Origin: Armatimonadota bacterium
GTDB lineage: Bacteria > Armatimonadota > Zipacnadia > Zipacnadales > UBA5352
DNA: 64,000 bases
NCBI GenBank assembly: GCA_034722055.1
Contig: JAYENL010000314.1
Span: 26,641 to 90,640, forward strand
Direction of reading: 5' to 3'
Under the pieces are notes generated by a model, which had not been told where the DNA came from, did not search any database, and was given only the letters and a program-made list of their open reading frames with translations. Both the position numbers and the translations under genes were made by a program. Of this stretch, positions 8,742 to 17,259 are shown piece by piece. The stretch's first letter is position 1. Each line of letters opens with the position of its first letter.

Positions 8742-9151
8742 GGATGGCGGAGAGCAGAGTCGTGCTGCACTTCCCGAAGCACCTCCTCGACCAGCCGGTG
8801 ACCTCCACGACCGTGGAGCGCTTCAACCTGCACTTCAACATCCTGCGCGCCGACATCACCCAGGACCAGGAGGGCCTGATGGTCCTGGGCCTGGTTGGCG
8901 AGCCCGAGAACATCGAGGGCGCCATCGAGTTCATGCGCGAGCAGGGCGTGCGCGTCCAGCCGCTGGAGCAGGATGTGGTTCGCGACGATGACCGATGCAC
9001 CCACTGCGGCGCCTGCGTCGTGGTATGCCCCACCGATGCTCTGGCCATGGACCCCGACAGCCGCCAGGTCAGCTTCGATGCCGACAAGTGCGTGGCGTGC
9101 GGGATATGCGTGCCGGTCTGCCCGCCGCGGGCGATGTCGATACACTTCTGA
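8738..9151 (+). CDS. NIL-domain / 2x[4Fe-4S] ferredoxin (MA1822-like partner of the DUF39 protein)
   Basis: An N-terminal NIL-like domain of about 75 aa is followed by two CxxCxxCxxxCP motifs ('CTHCGACVVVCP', 'CVACGICVPVCP'). A GTG/ATG start overlaps the upstream stop. Confidence 0.6.
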   Translation: MRMAESRVVLHFPKHLLDQPVTSTTVERFNLHFNILRADITQDQEGLMVLGLVGEPENIEGAIEFMREQGVRVQPLEQDVVRDDDRCTHCGACVVVCPTDALAMDPDSRQVSFDADKCVACGICVPVCPPRAMSIHF

Positions 9152-9327
9152 GGGCACCTGCGAGAGATGCCTCGGCGAACGGCGGCGGGCTGGAAGCCTG
9201 CCTCACGAGGCGAGGGCAGAGAAGCAGATAAGCGGAGGACCACGAGAAACGGGGGACGAGTCTGAAGCCGCGTCCCTCCGAACGGCATCGCGGCTCCGCA
9301 GAGAGTAGGTCGGCGAGCAGTGGTCGT

Positions 9328-9744
<417 letters not shown>

Positions 9745-9904
9745 GTACAGCCGCTCCCTCCTGCGCCCGTGACACACTGCGGGTGCCCCGGGCTTAGGGG
9801 ACATCCGGTGTGCGCCGATTATATCAGAGCCCCCCTGTCGTGTCAAACTGCTCGGATTGGCGCTCGGCCCCGCTCAGGGCCTCCAGGACCGCCGCGAGGC
9901 AGTC

Positions 9905-11452
9905 CTAGGTGTCCCCCTCCGCGCCCTCCACGAGTCTGGCCGCCTCGTCGTAGCTGGACTCCACCTGCCGGTAGAGCTGCTGGTACAGCCGATGGTATCC
10001 GCGGTAGAGCTGGTGGCTGCGCTCATCCACGCGCGGGGCGTCAACGGTGCGGATGGTGGCCTCGCAGGCCTCCTCCACAGATGCGTAGAGCCCGGCGCCC
10101 ACCGCAGCCAGCAGAGCCACGCCGTAGGCCGGGCCCTCATCGACGTTGATGAGGCAGTGCGGGTAGCCGGTGACGTCGGTCTGAATCTGCCGCCACAGCC
10201 GACTGCGCGCGCCGCCGCCGGAGGCCCGAACCTCGCTGATCTGCACGCCCATCTCCTCGATGATCTCAAAGGAGTCCCTCAGCCCGTAAGCCACGCCCTC
10301 CAGCACCGCGCGGATGAGGTGGGGCTTGCCGTGGCGGAGGCTGAGGCCGAAGAACATCCCGCGGGCGTTGGGGTTGGGATAGGGCGTCCGCTCGCCGGTG
10401 AGGTAAGGGAGGAAGACCAGCCCCTCGCTGCCCACCGGTGCCTGCGCGGCCTGCTCGGTCATCAGCTCGTAGGCGTCGATGCCCATGTTGCGGGCGATCT
10501 CCACCTCCGCGTCACAGAGGGTATCACGGACCCAGCGCAGGGAGCCGCCGGCGGAGAGCATCACGCCCATGACGTGCCATCTGCCGGGCACCGCGTGGCA
10601 GAAGGTGTGAGTCCGGAGCTTCTCATCCACCCTCGGCTCGTCGAGGTGTGCGAAGACCACGCCGGAGGTGCCGGTGCTCACCGACACGACCCCCGAGCGG
10701 ACGATGCCGTTGCCCACGGCGCCGGCGGCCTGGTCGCCGCCACCGCCCACCACCGGCGTGCCCTCGGCCAGCCCCGTCAGACCGGCGGCCTCGGCGGTGA
10801 CGTGCCCGCTTACCTCGGGGGACTCGTAGACCTCCGGCAGCCAGTCGCGGGGCAGCTCCAGGCGGTCGAGGATCAGCTCCGACCAGCGCCGCCGGGGGAC
10901 GTTGAGCAGTGAGGTCCCGGACGCATCCGAGACCTCCGTGGCGTACTGGCCGGTGAGCTTCAGCCGCACGTAGTCCTTGGGCAGCAGCACCTTGCGGACG
11001 CGGGCGTAGGCCTCCGGCTCCTCGTCCCGCAGCCAGATGATCTTGGGGGCCGTGAAGCCCGTGAGCACGGGGTTGAGGGTCTCGGAGACGACCTCCTCGG
11101 CGCCCACGGCCTCGGTGATCTCGTCGCACTGGCGGGCGGTGCGCTGATCGCACCACAGTATCGCCGGCCGGATGACCTGGTCGCTCTCGTCGAGGAATAC
11201 GGACCCGTGCATCTGGCCCGAGAGGCCCACGCCGGCGATGTGCCCGGCGCGCACGCCGGACTGCTCGATGAGCGCCGTAACGCTGGCGATGGTGGCGGTC
11301 CACCAGTCGGACGGGTCCTGCTCGGCCCAGTTCGGCCTGGGGGTGGAGAGGGGGTACTCGGTGGCATCACTGGCCACCGTGGCACCATCCTCGTCGATCA
11401 GCAGCGCCCGGGTGCTGGTGGTGCCCACATCGATGCCCAGCAAGTAACTCAT
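9905..11452 (-). CDS. xylB: Xylulokinase (FGGY carbohydrate kinase family)
   Basis: 'LLGIDVGTTSTRALLID' N-terminus, an FGGY N-domain, 'GGGDQAAGAVGNG' and a C-terminal FGGY domain. About 515 aa. Confidence 0.8.
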   Translation of the reverse strand: MSYLLGIDVGTTSTRALLIDEDGATVASDATEYPLSTPRPNWAEQDPSDWWTATIASVTALIEQSGVRAGHIAGVGLSGQMHGSVFLDESDQVIRPAILWCDQRTARQCDEITEAVGAEEVVSETLNPVLTGFTAPKIIWLRDEEPEAYARVRKVLLPKDYVRLKLTGQYATEVSDASGTSLLNVPRRRWSELILDRLELPRDWLPEVYESPEVSGHVTAEAAGLTGLAEGTPVVGGGGDQAAGAVGNGIVRSGVVSVSTGTSGVVFAHLDEPRVDEKLRTHTFCHAVPGRWHVMGVMLSAGGSLRWVRDTLCDAEVEIARNMGIDAYELMTEQAAQAPVGSEGLVFLPYLTGERTPYPNPNARGMFFGLSLRHGKPHLIRAVLEGVAYGLRDSFEIIEEMGVQISEVRASGGGARSRLWRQIQTDVTGYPHCLINVDEGPAYGVALLAAVGAGLYASVEEACEATIRTVDAPRVDERSHQLYRGYHRLYQQLYRQVESSYDEAARLVEGAEGDT

Positions 11453-11491
11453 GGCCGGCCTCCTTTGCGCGAACGGTCGGGTCCAGCGAGG

Positions 11492-11863
11492 TCAGGCCCT
11501 CTCGATGACCACCGTGGCCCCGGACGGGACCTGCTTGAGCGGCTCCAGGTCCCCGGTCATCTTGCCGATGACCGTCACCCCGCTGGCGGGCCGGATCTCC
11601 TCCTCCGTGCTCTCCGGCGTCATGCCGAAGAACATGCAGAACGCTGAACCCGGTGGCCAGTAGGCCAGGTCGCCGAGATCCACGACCTGCTGCAGGTCCT
11701 CGCCGGGGCAGTCAACGTCGATGCTGAAGTAGATCTCCTCGCCCCAGGTCCCGGCCGTGCCCTCGATGGGCAGCGCCTCGGCGATCATCTGCGCGCAGTC
11801 GGTGTCATTCAGCTCCGCCTCGATCTCGACGTCCCCAGCCGTGATCGTGATGGGTGTGGGCAT
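11492..11863 (-). CDS. Cyclophilin-like fold protein (DUF369 / PF04126-like), function unknown
   Basis: 123-aa acidic protein. Its pattern is 'ITAGDVEIEAELNDTD...YWPPGSAFCMFFG', as in the small cyclophilin-like family. It sits between xylB and a TIM-barrel isomerase. Confidence 0.45.
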   Translation of the reverse strand: MPTPITITAGDVEIEAELNDTDCAQMIAEALPIEGTAGTWGEEIYFSIDVDCPGEDLQQVVDLGDLAYWPPGSAFCMFFGMTPESTEEEIRPASGVTVIGKMTGDLEPLKQVPSGATVVIERA

Positions 11864-11924
11864 GCGGTCGTCCTCCTCCTGTCCAACTGCGGATGGCAGG
11901 ATGCTTTCGCTGCAATCGAGCGCC

Positions 11925-12770
11925 TCAGGCGAAGATGCGGAGGTAGTTGAGCCCCTTCACGAAGCCCTCCTCGCGCCCCAGCGCCCTGTCCTCATGCTCG
12001 ATGCTCAGCACGCCGTTGTAGCCGTTGTCGCGCAGCCGCGCGATGTACACGCCCCAGTCGATGTCCCCGTAGCCGGGGATGCAGTAGCGCCACCAGCCGC
12101 GCCCCGCCTGGTTGCCCAGCCACGCCAGCTTGTGCTGCACGACCTCTGTGTCCTTGGCGTGGCTGTGGAAGATGCGGTCGGCGAAGGCCTCCATGGCGTG
12201 CAGGTAGTCGATCCCCTGCCAGTAGAGGTGTGAGGGGTCGAAGTTCAGGCCGAAGTTCTCGGCCGGCACGGTCTCGAATACCTGCTCCCAGTGACCCAGG
12301 TGCATGATGTTGGTGGCGAACCAGTTCTCCATCGCCAGCCGTACACCGCGGTCGGCCGCGATAGGGCAGAACTCGTTGTAGAAGGGCCCCGCGATCTGCT
12401 CGATAGTCTCCTCCCTGGACATGCCCTCCGGCGGGCGGCCCGCCAGGCAGCCCACCACCTCGATCTCGTTGGCGGAGGCCATCTCGACCGCGCGGGAGAG
12501 CGCGTCCTGGTACTGCTGGCGCTGGCCCTCGTCGGCGTCGCTTATGTCGAGGTAGCAGGCCAGCATGCTGACCTCCAGGCCGGCGTCGCGAACGCGGCTG
12601 ATGACGTCGGCGGCCTGGCCCTCATCGAAGTCCACGTTGAGGTGCTTGCAGCCGGGCCTGACGTCGATCTCGAGGGCGTCGAAGCCGGCCTCGGTGGCGA
12701 ACTTCACGATGGTGTCGATGGACTCGTTGCGGAACGGCGCGGTGAGCAGTCCTACCTGCATCTCAGTCAT
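11925..12770 (-). CDS. Sugar phosphate isomerase/epimerase (xylose isomerase-like TIM barrel)
   Basis: AP-endonuclease-2 / XI-like TIM barrel. Conserved Glu/His/Asp metal ligands ('LSIEHED', 'HAKD'). 281 aa. Confidence 0.7.
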   Translation of the reverse strand: MTEMQVGLLTAPFRNESIDTIVKFATEAGFDALEIDVRPGCKHLNVDFDEGQAADVISRVRDAGLEVSMLACYLDISDADEGQRQQYQDALSRAVEMASANEIEVVGCLAGRPPEGMSREETIEQIAGPFYNEFCPIAADRGVRLAMENWFATNIMHLGHWEQVFETVPAENFGLNFDPSHLYWQGIDYLHAMEAFADRIFHSHAKDTEVVQHKLAWLGNQAGRGWWRYCIPGYGDIDWGVYIARLRDNGYNGVLSIEHEDRALGREEGFVKGLNYLRIFA

Positions 12771-13935
12771 CTCCTGTGGAGTGCGGCTGGGCGGCCCCGC
12801 GTGCGGCCAGGAAGCACCGGACCATCTGCTGGGCCGTGAATGCGATCATCTCTGTGGCGACTTCGGGCCGCATGGCCTCGCTCAGCGCCATGGGCCTGTT
12901 GAGGATACACGCCAGGGCCTCGAAGCCCCGCTCATGGAGGCTGACGGCGTCCAGGGCGACCCCGCCGCCGATGGCGATGACCGGCGCCCCCTCGCGCTCG
13001 GCCACGGAGGTGACGCCCGCGGGAGTCTTGCCGAAGGCCGTCTGGCTGTCGATGGCCCCCTCCCCGGTGATGCACAGGTCGGCGCCGCGCATCCGTCCCG
13101 GCAGGTCCACGGCGTCGATGACGATCTCCACGCCCGGCTCCAGCGTGGCTCCGCAGAACGCCACCAGCCCCGCGCCGAGGCCGCCGGCCGCACCGGCACC
13201 CGGGATGTCCCGCACATCCAGGCCCAGGTCGCGCTGCACCACGTCCGCGAACAGTCGCAGATTCTCGTCGAGCAGCTCGACGTCCTCGAGCGAGGCGCCC
13301 TTCTGGGGGCTATAGACGTGAGCCGCGCCGCGCTCCCCGTAGAGAGGGTTGTCCACGTCGCAGGCCACGCGCACCTCGGTCTCATTCAGGCGGGGGTCGG
13401 CGCCGGCCATCTCGATGGCGGCCAGCCGGCCCAGCTCCGCGCCGCCGAAGCCGATCTCCTCGCCGTCCTCGTCCAGCAGCCGCACCCCCAGAGCCTGGGC
13501 CATGCCGGCGCCGGCGTCGGTGGTGGCGCTCCCGCCGATGCCCACGATGAGCTTGCGGCGGCCCCGGTCGAGGGCAGCGCGCATCAGCTCGCCGGTCCCG
13601 TAGGTGGTGGTCGTGAGGGGATCGCGCCGGTCCTGGGGCACCAGCGGGAGGCCGGAGGCGGCGGCCATCTCGATGACCGCCGTCTCCCCGTCGCCCAGCA
13701 GCCCGTAGGTGGCCTCCACCGGCTCGCCCAGCGGGCCGGTGACACGCTCGGTGATGAGCTGGCCGTCGGTGGCATCGACCAGCGACTGCACGGTTCCCTC
13801 ACCGCCGTCGGCCATGGGCACCTGTACCAGCTCGAACTCATCGTCGATGGCCGAGATCCCCTCGGCGGCGGCCTGGCAGACCTCCAGGGCGGTGAGGCAG
13901 CCCTTGAAGGAGTCCGGCGCGATGACGATCCTCAA
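12763..13935 (-). CDS. Glycerate kinase (GlxK/GarK family)
   Basis: 'MRIVIAPDSFKG' N-terminus and glycine-rich nucleotide-binding loops ('GIGGSATTDAGAG', 'GAGAAGGLGAG') typical of PF02595. Confidence 0.8.
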   Translation of the reverse strand: MRIVIAPDSFKGCLTALEVCQAAAEGISAIDDEFELVQVPMADGGEGTVQSLVDATDGQLITERVTGPLGEPVEATYGLLGDGETAVIEMAAASGLPLVPQDRRDPLTTTTYGTGELMRAALDRGRRKLIVGIGGSATTDAGAGMAQALGVRLLDEDGEEIGFGGAELGRLAAIEMAGADPRLNETEVRVACDVDNPLYGERGAAHVYSPQKGASLEDVELLDENLRLFADVVQRDLGLDVRDIPGAGAAGGLGAGLVAFCGATLEPGVEIVIDAVDLPGRMRGADLCITGEGAIDSQTAFGKTPAGVTSVAEREGAPVIAIGGGVALDAVSLHERGFEALACILNRPMALSEAMRPEVATEMIAFTAQQMVRCFLAARGAAQPHSTGDD

Positions 13936-14006
13936 ACTCTACGCACTCCCTACAGGGCGGCCGCAGCCGCACCCGCGGCTGGCGCGGAACCGGACACTCC
14001 CGCCGC

Positions 14007-14954
14007 CTACAGCATCGACCAGGCTGCATGGAAGGCGCGCTTGGTGCCAGCGACAACCAGATCCGGGTCCTCGTCGGCGATGGTGGAGACCTCGAAGGTC
14101 ACCACCGGCTTGTCGGTGGGCAGATCGTCCCTGTCGAAGTAGCCCACATAGATCAGCGTCTCCAGGAAGCGTGCCAGCTCCGGAACGTCGTTCTCGCTGC
14201 CCGGATAGCCGAAGCCGGGGTGCTTGTCCCCGTAGCCCTCCATGGACTCGTCGGCCATGATGGCGTTGCCCACGTGCACGTGGATGAGGTGGTCGATGGT
14301 GGGACTGAGCATCTCCTGCGGCGTCTCGCCCAGCAGCGGCATGTGCGACAGGTCCTGAGTCAGGCCGAAGTTGTCCACCTGCTCCTTGACCCGCTCGGCC
14401 AGCTCCGCCGCTCGCTCGCTGGGACCGATGAGGCACTTCTTGTCGATGGTGTCGTCGAACTGCTCCAGTGACAGCCACACCGGCTGGCCGTCGCCGGCCT
14501 TGCTGGTGGAGTACTCGCACAGCTCGACGCACGAGTCCACGAGCGCGGACATGGCGTCCTCGCGCCTGCTGTCCTCAACGTCCGGACCGCTGAGGAAGGC
14601 GCAGATGCGGCAGTCGAGCTCGTAGGCGGCGTCGATGGACTTCTTCACGTCGTCCACGGCCCTCTGCCGCTCTGCGTCGTCCAGAGAGTTCACGTCCAGC
14701 CCGCCCAGCAGCAGCGGCGGCTGGGCGCCCAGTCCGAGGCTGAGGTGAGCGGTCGTCGCCATCTGCTTCAGCCCGTCCATGACTTCCTGGTGCTGGCTGC
14801 GGCGCACCTCCAACACATCGAAGAAGTCGTCCTCAGCGATCCTCTGCGCCGTCTCCAGGATCATCTGAGGATCGTCGTCTTGGATGATGGGGTAGGCCAT
14901 GAAGTGCACTATGCCCAGATCCATCATGTCCCGCCAGTGCCTGTCCGCGTACAT
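14007..14954 (-). CDS. Sugar phosphate isomerase/epimerase (xylose isomerase-like TIM barrel)
   Basis: XI-like TIM-barrel signature. The probable start is 'MYADRHW' at 14954; the ORF itself extends to 15017. Confidence 0.65.
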   Translation of the reverse strand: MYADRHWRDMMDLGIVHFMAYPIIQDDDPQMILETAQRIAEDDFFDVLEVRRSQHQEVMDGLKQMATTAHLSLGLGAQPPLLLGGLDVNSLDDAERQRAVDDVKKSIDAAYELDCRICAFLSGPDVEDSRREDAMSALVDSCVELCEYSTSKAGDGQPVWLSLEQFDDTIDKKCLIGPSERAAELAERVKEQVDNFGLTQDLSHMPLLGETPQEMLSPTIDHLIHVHVGNAIMADESMEGYGDKHPGFGYPGSENDVPELARFLETLIYVGYFDRDDLPTDKPVVTFEVSTIADEDPDLVVAGTKRAFHAAWSML

Positions 14955-15473
14955 GTTGGCTCCTCCCGTCGAGCCGCCTCCAGGGCGGCCAGAACTCGTA
15001 CTGTGGCAGTAGCACACGTCCCGGCGCGGAGGCCGACACGTGCTCTGCGCATGCTTTCCGTAGACTATACTTCCCGCCCCGAGAGAGGGATTCCTTCAGT
15101 GCGGCACATTTGGCTCGCAAACCGGCGGGGCTCGATGTCCGCGGGGCCGGCTTGGCGCGCCTGGCAGCCCTCCTCAGGAGAGCTACTCCGGCGGCGTGTG
15201 CCGGGCCGTTTGGAGGGGCGCGACTACGCCCGCGCCCGGTCGTCGTGCCGTATGGAGGGGCCGGACCACTGTCCGGCCCGGCCTTCTCTCTGGCTCTGGA
15301 TTACCCACAACTTCCGGAGGAAGGCCTGCGATGGAGTTGAGCAAGAGCTCAACCGTGTCGTCGTTCGGAGAGGCCGCCCGAACGGAGCGAGGGTGCCGCC
15401 CGGCCTGCCCGTTAGGTAGTCGAGGCCCCCCGCCTTCACGCCGTTCAGGCCTCTCCAGAGAGAGGTGTCCTGG

Positions 15474-15496
15474 GCCGGGGTGGAACCTTCGGCCTG
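15474..15496 (+). repeat. Intergenic repeat R2 module (GGGCCGGGGTGGAACCTTCGGCC), copy a
   Basis: The same 16-23 bp palindromic core recurs at 48123-48140 and as an inverted pair at 51914-51977. A flanking 'CGGCGGCCCCTCCATCACGGCAAC' is shared with 52040-52070. Confidence 0.75.
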
Positions 15497-15556
15497 TTCG
15501 CTGCGCTCACTGGCCTCACCGGGCGCTACGCGCCCGGCGGCCCCTCCATCACGGCA

Positions 15557-15620
15557 ACCGGCTTTGCCGCGCAGCGTGGGCACGGGCCCTCCACGAGCGC
15601 GGCAGATGTGGGTAATGCAT
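15557..15620 (-). repeat. Intergenic repeat R3 module (ATGCATTACCCACA...CTGCGCGGCAAAGC), copy a
   Basis: Its reverse complement matches 37459-37525: 'ATGCATTACCCACA', 'GCGCGCTCG' and 'CTGCGCGGCAAAGCGGTT'. A second block, 'GGCACCCTCGCT..GGGCGGCCTCTC', is also shared. Confidence 0.7.
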
Positions 15621-15627
15621 AGCTCTC

Positions 15628-15814
15628 TCTGGAGGGCCCGCGCCCCAGCGAAGGTGTTCCATCCTGGCAGGCCGGCGGCCCCCTGGCCCACTGCATCTTC
15701 GGGAAGCCGGCGCCCCCGCCGGCCCACTCCATCCTTGGGAAGCCGGCGCCCCGGCCGGCCCACTCCATGTTTGGGAAGCCGGCGCCCCCGCCGGCTTGTG
15801 GCGCACAGCGCCAC
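15628..15814 (-). repeat. Intergenic repeat element R1, copy c (three tandem units of about 33 bp, inverted orientation)
   Basis: Three 'GGGAAGCCGGCGCCCCCGCCGGCCCACTCCATCCTT' units. The end 'CCCCCGCCGGCTTGTGGCGC' is an exact reverse complement of the R1a 5' end. It lies in a 900-bp gene-free gap. Confidence 0.8.
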
Positions 15815-15922
15815 TGTGGTGATGGCGGGCAGGTGATGCCGAAGCGGCGGGGAATAGCGGTACGGCCTCCATCTGCGGTCCCGTCGCCGACCGAGGCGGG
15901 GCTGGCATGGGAGGGAGCGACC

Positions 15923-17230
15923 GTGAGGCGGACTGCAGTGGCCATCGCAGCGGCACTGATGCTCATCCCGGCGGCGCGTGCGCAGGAGGCGGGCGAACAG
16001 CCCGACCAGCCTGCCGAGCGGATTCTGGCTACCGTTGACGGCGAGGAGATCACCGACCGCGAGCTGTGGTGGTACATGGAGCAGACCGCGGGCGGGAAGC
16101 TTCTCGACGAGCTCATCCTGCGCCACCTGCTGGCCGCCGAGGCAGAGGGGCAGGGCGTGAAGGTGGGCACTCCGGAGGTGGATGAGGCTGTCGCCGCGCT
16201 GAGGGCCGAGCACGGCTCCGAGGATACCTTCGAGGCCTGGCTGCGCGAGACGGGGCAGACCATGAAGGGCCTGCGCATGCAACTGCAGCAGGAGCTGCTC
16301 ATCGACAAGCTCCTGGAGCAGCGCATGGGGCTGACTGAGGAGGGCATCCGGGAGTATTACGAGGCCCATCGGGAGGAGTTCACCGAGCCATCGCGGGTGC
16401 ATCTGATGGACATCGTGACCCTGTCGCTGGTGGAGGCCTTTGAGGCCCGGGAGCGACTGGCCGCGGGCGAGCAGTTCGCCGCGGTGGCGCGGGAGATGTC
16501 ACACGATCCCACCGCCGAGCAGGGCGGGGACCGCGGCTGGATCACGCCCGACGACGTCCTCAATGAGCACGTGGCGGACGTGGTCTTCGCCATGGCTGAG
16601 GGGGAGATCTCCGACCCAGTGGACTGCGAGGACCACTGGCACGTGTTCTGGGTGAAGGAGGTCGAACGAGGCCGGGCTCTGTCCCTGGAGGAGGCTCGGC
16701 CACAGGTGGAGGAGCGCATCATTAAGCTGCGAGGCATCTCCCGGGAGCTGTTTCTGACGCTGCTGCGCCGGCGGGCGGAGATCGACGTGCGGTGGGAGGC
16801 GCACGACTACCTGAAGCAGGTCTACGCCGACCTGCGTATGATCAAGGTCGTTGTTGACGGCCAGCGCCTGGAGCTGCCGACGGCGCCGGTGATGGTGGCG
16901 GGGTCACGCCTGCTCGTCCCGGCCAAGGACCTGCTGGAGGCTCTGGGCGCCGAGGTGAGCTGGAACGCGGAGGCCGGGGTCCTGGAGGCAACCAGAGACG
17001 GCACGAGGGTCACGCTGGTGAGGGGCCTGCCGGTGATGGGCGTCGGCGACGAGGAGATCGAGATGAAGGAGCCGCCGCAGATCCGCGAGGGGGTGCTGAT
17101 GATCGCGCCGCGGGCGCCGGTGCAGGCGCTGGGGGGCAGCCTCCTGTGGAACCGGACGGAGAACACGTTGTATGTAGAGTCCCACCCCGAGGCGGAACAG
17201 GCCCCGGAGGGCGCCGAGACTGCCGGGTAG
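15923..17230 (+). CDS. Secreted SurA-like peptidyl-prolyl isomerase (PpiC/parvulin domain) fused to a copper-amine-oxidase-N-like stalk domain
   Basis: Signal peptide 'RRTAVAIAAALMLIPAARAQEA', then a SurA-N-like helical region. The parvulin block is 'FAMAEGEISDPVDCEDHWHVFWVKE'. The C-terminal 'VVVDGQRLELPTAPVMVAGSRLLVPAKDLLEALGAEVSW' is a Cu_amine_oxidN1-type motif. A GTG start follows a GGGAGGGA SD. The track ORF starts earlier, inside the repeat. Confidence 0.65.
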   Translation: MRRTAVAIAAALMLIPAARAQEAGEQPDQPAERILATVDGEEITDRELWWYMEQTAGGKLLDELILRHLLAAEAEGQGVKVGTPEVDEAVAALRAEHGSEDTFEAWLRETGQTMKGLRMQLQQELLIDKLLEQRMGLTEEGIREYYEAHREEFTEPSRVHLMDIVTLSLVEAFEARERLAAGEQFAAVAREMSHDPTAEQGGDRGWITPDDVLNEHVADVVFAMAEGEISDPVDCEDHWHVFWVKEVERGRALSLEEARPQVEERIIKLRGISRELFLTLLRRRAEIDVRWEAHDYLKQVYADLRMIKVVVDGQRLELPTAPVMVAGSRLLVPAKDLLEALGAEVSWNAEAGVLEATRDGTRVTLVRGLPVMGVGDEEIEMKEPPQIREGVLMIAPRAPVQALGGSLLWNRTENTLYVESHPEAEQAPEGAETAG

Positions 17231-17259
17231 GTGTGCGCGAAGAGCTCACCACGCTGTGA

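Noticed and set aside
9152-9327. A possible intrinsic terminator between the convergent ferredoxin and response-regulator genes
   Set aside because: Only weak hairpins of 6-7 bp without a U-tract were found. This is not convincing enough to annotate.
15224-16402. A 392-aa minus-strand ORF spanning the 15018-15922 gap
   Set aside because: It is built from the repeat modules and continues antisense into the SurA-like gene. It has no support.
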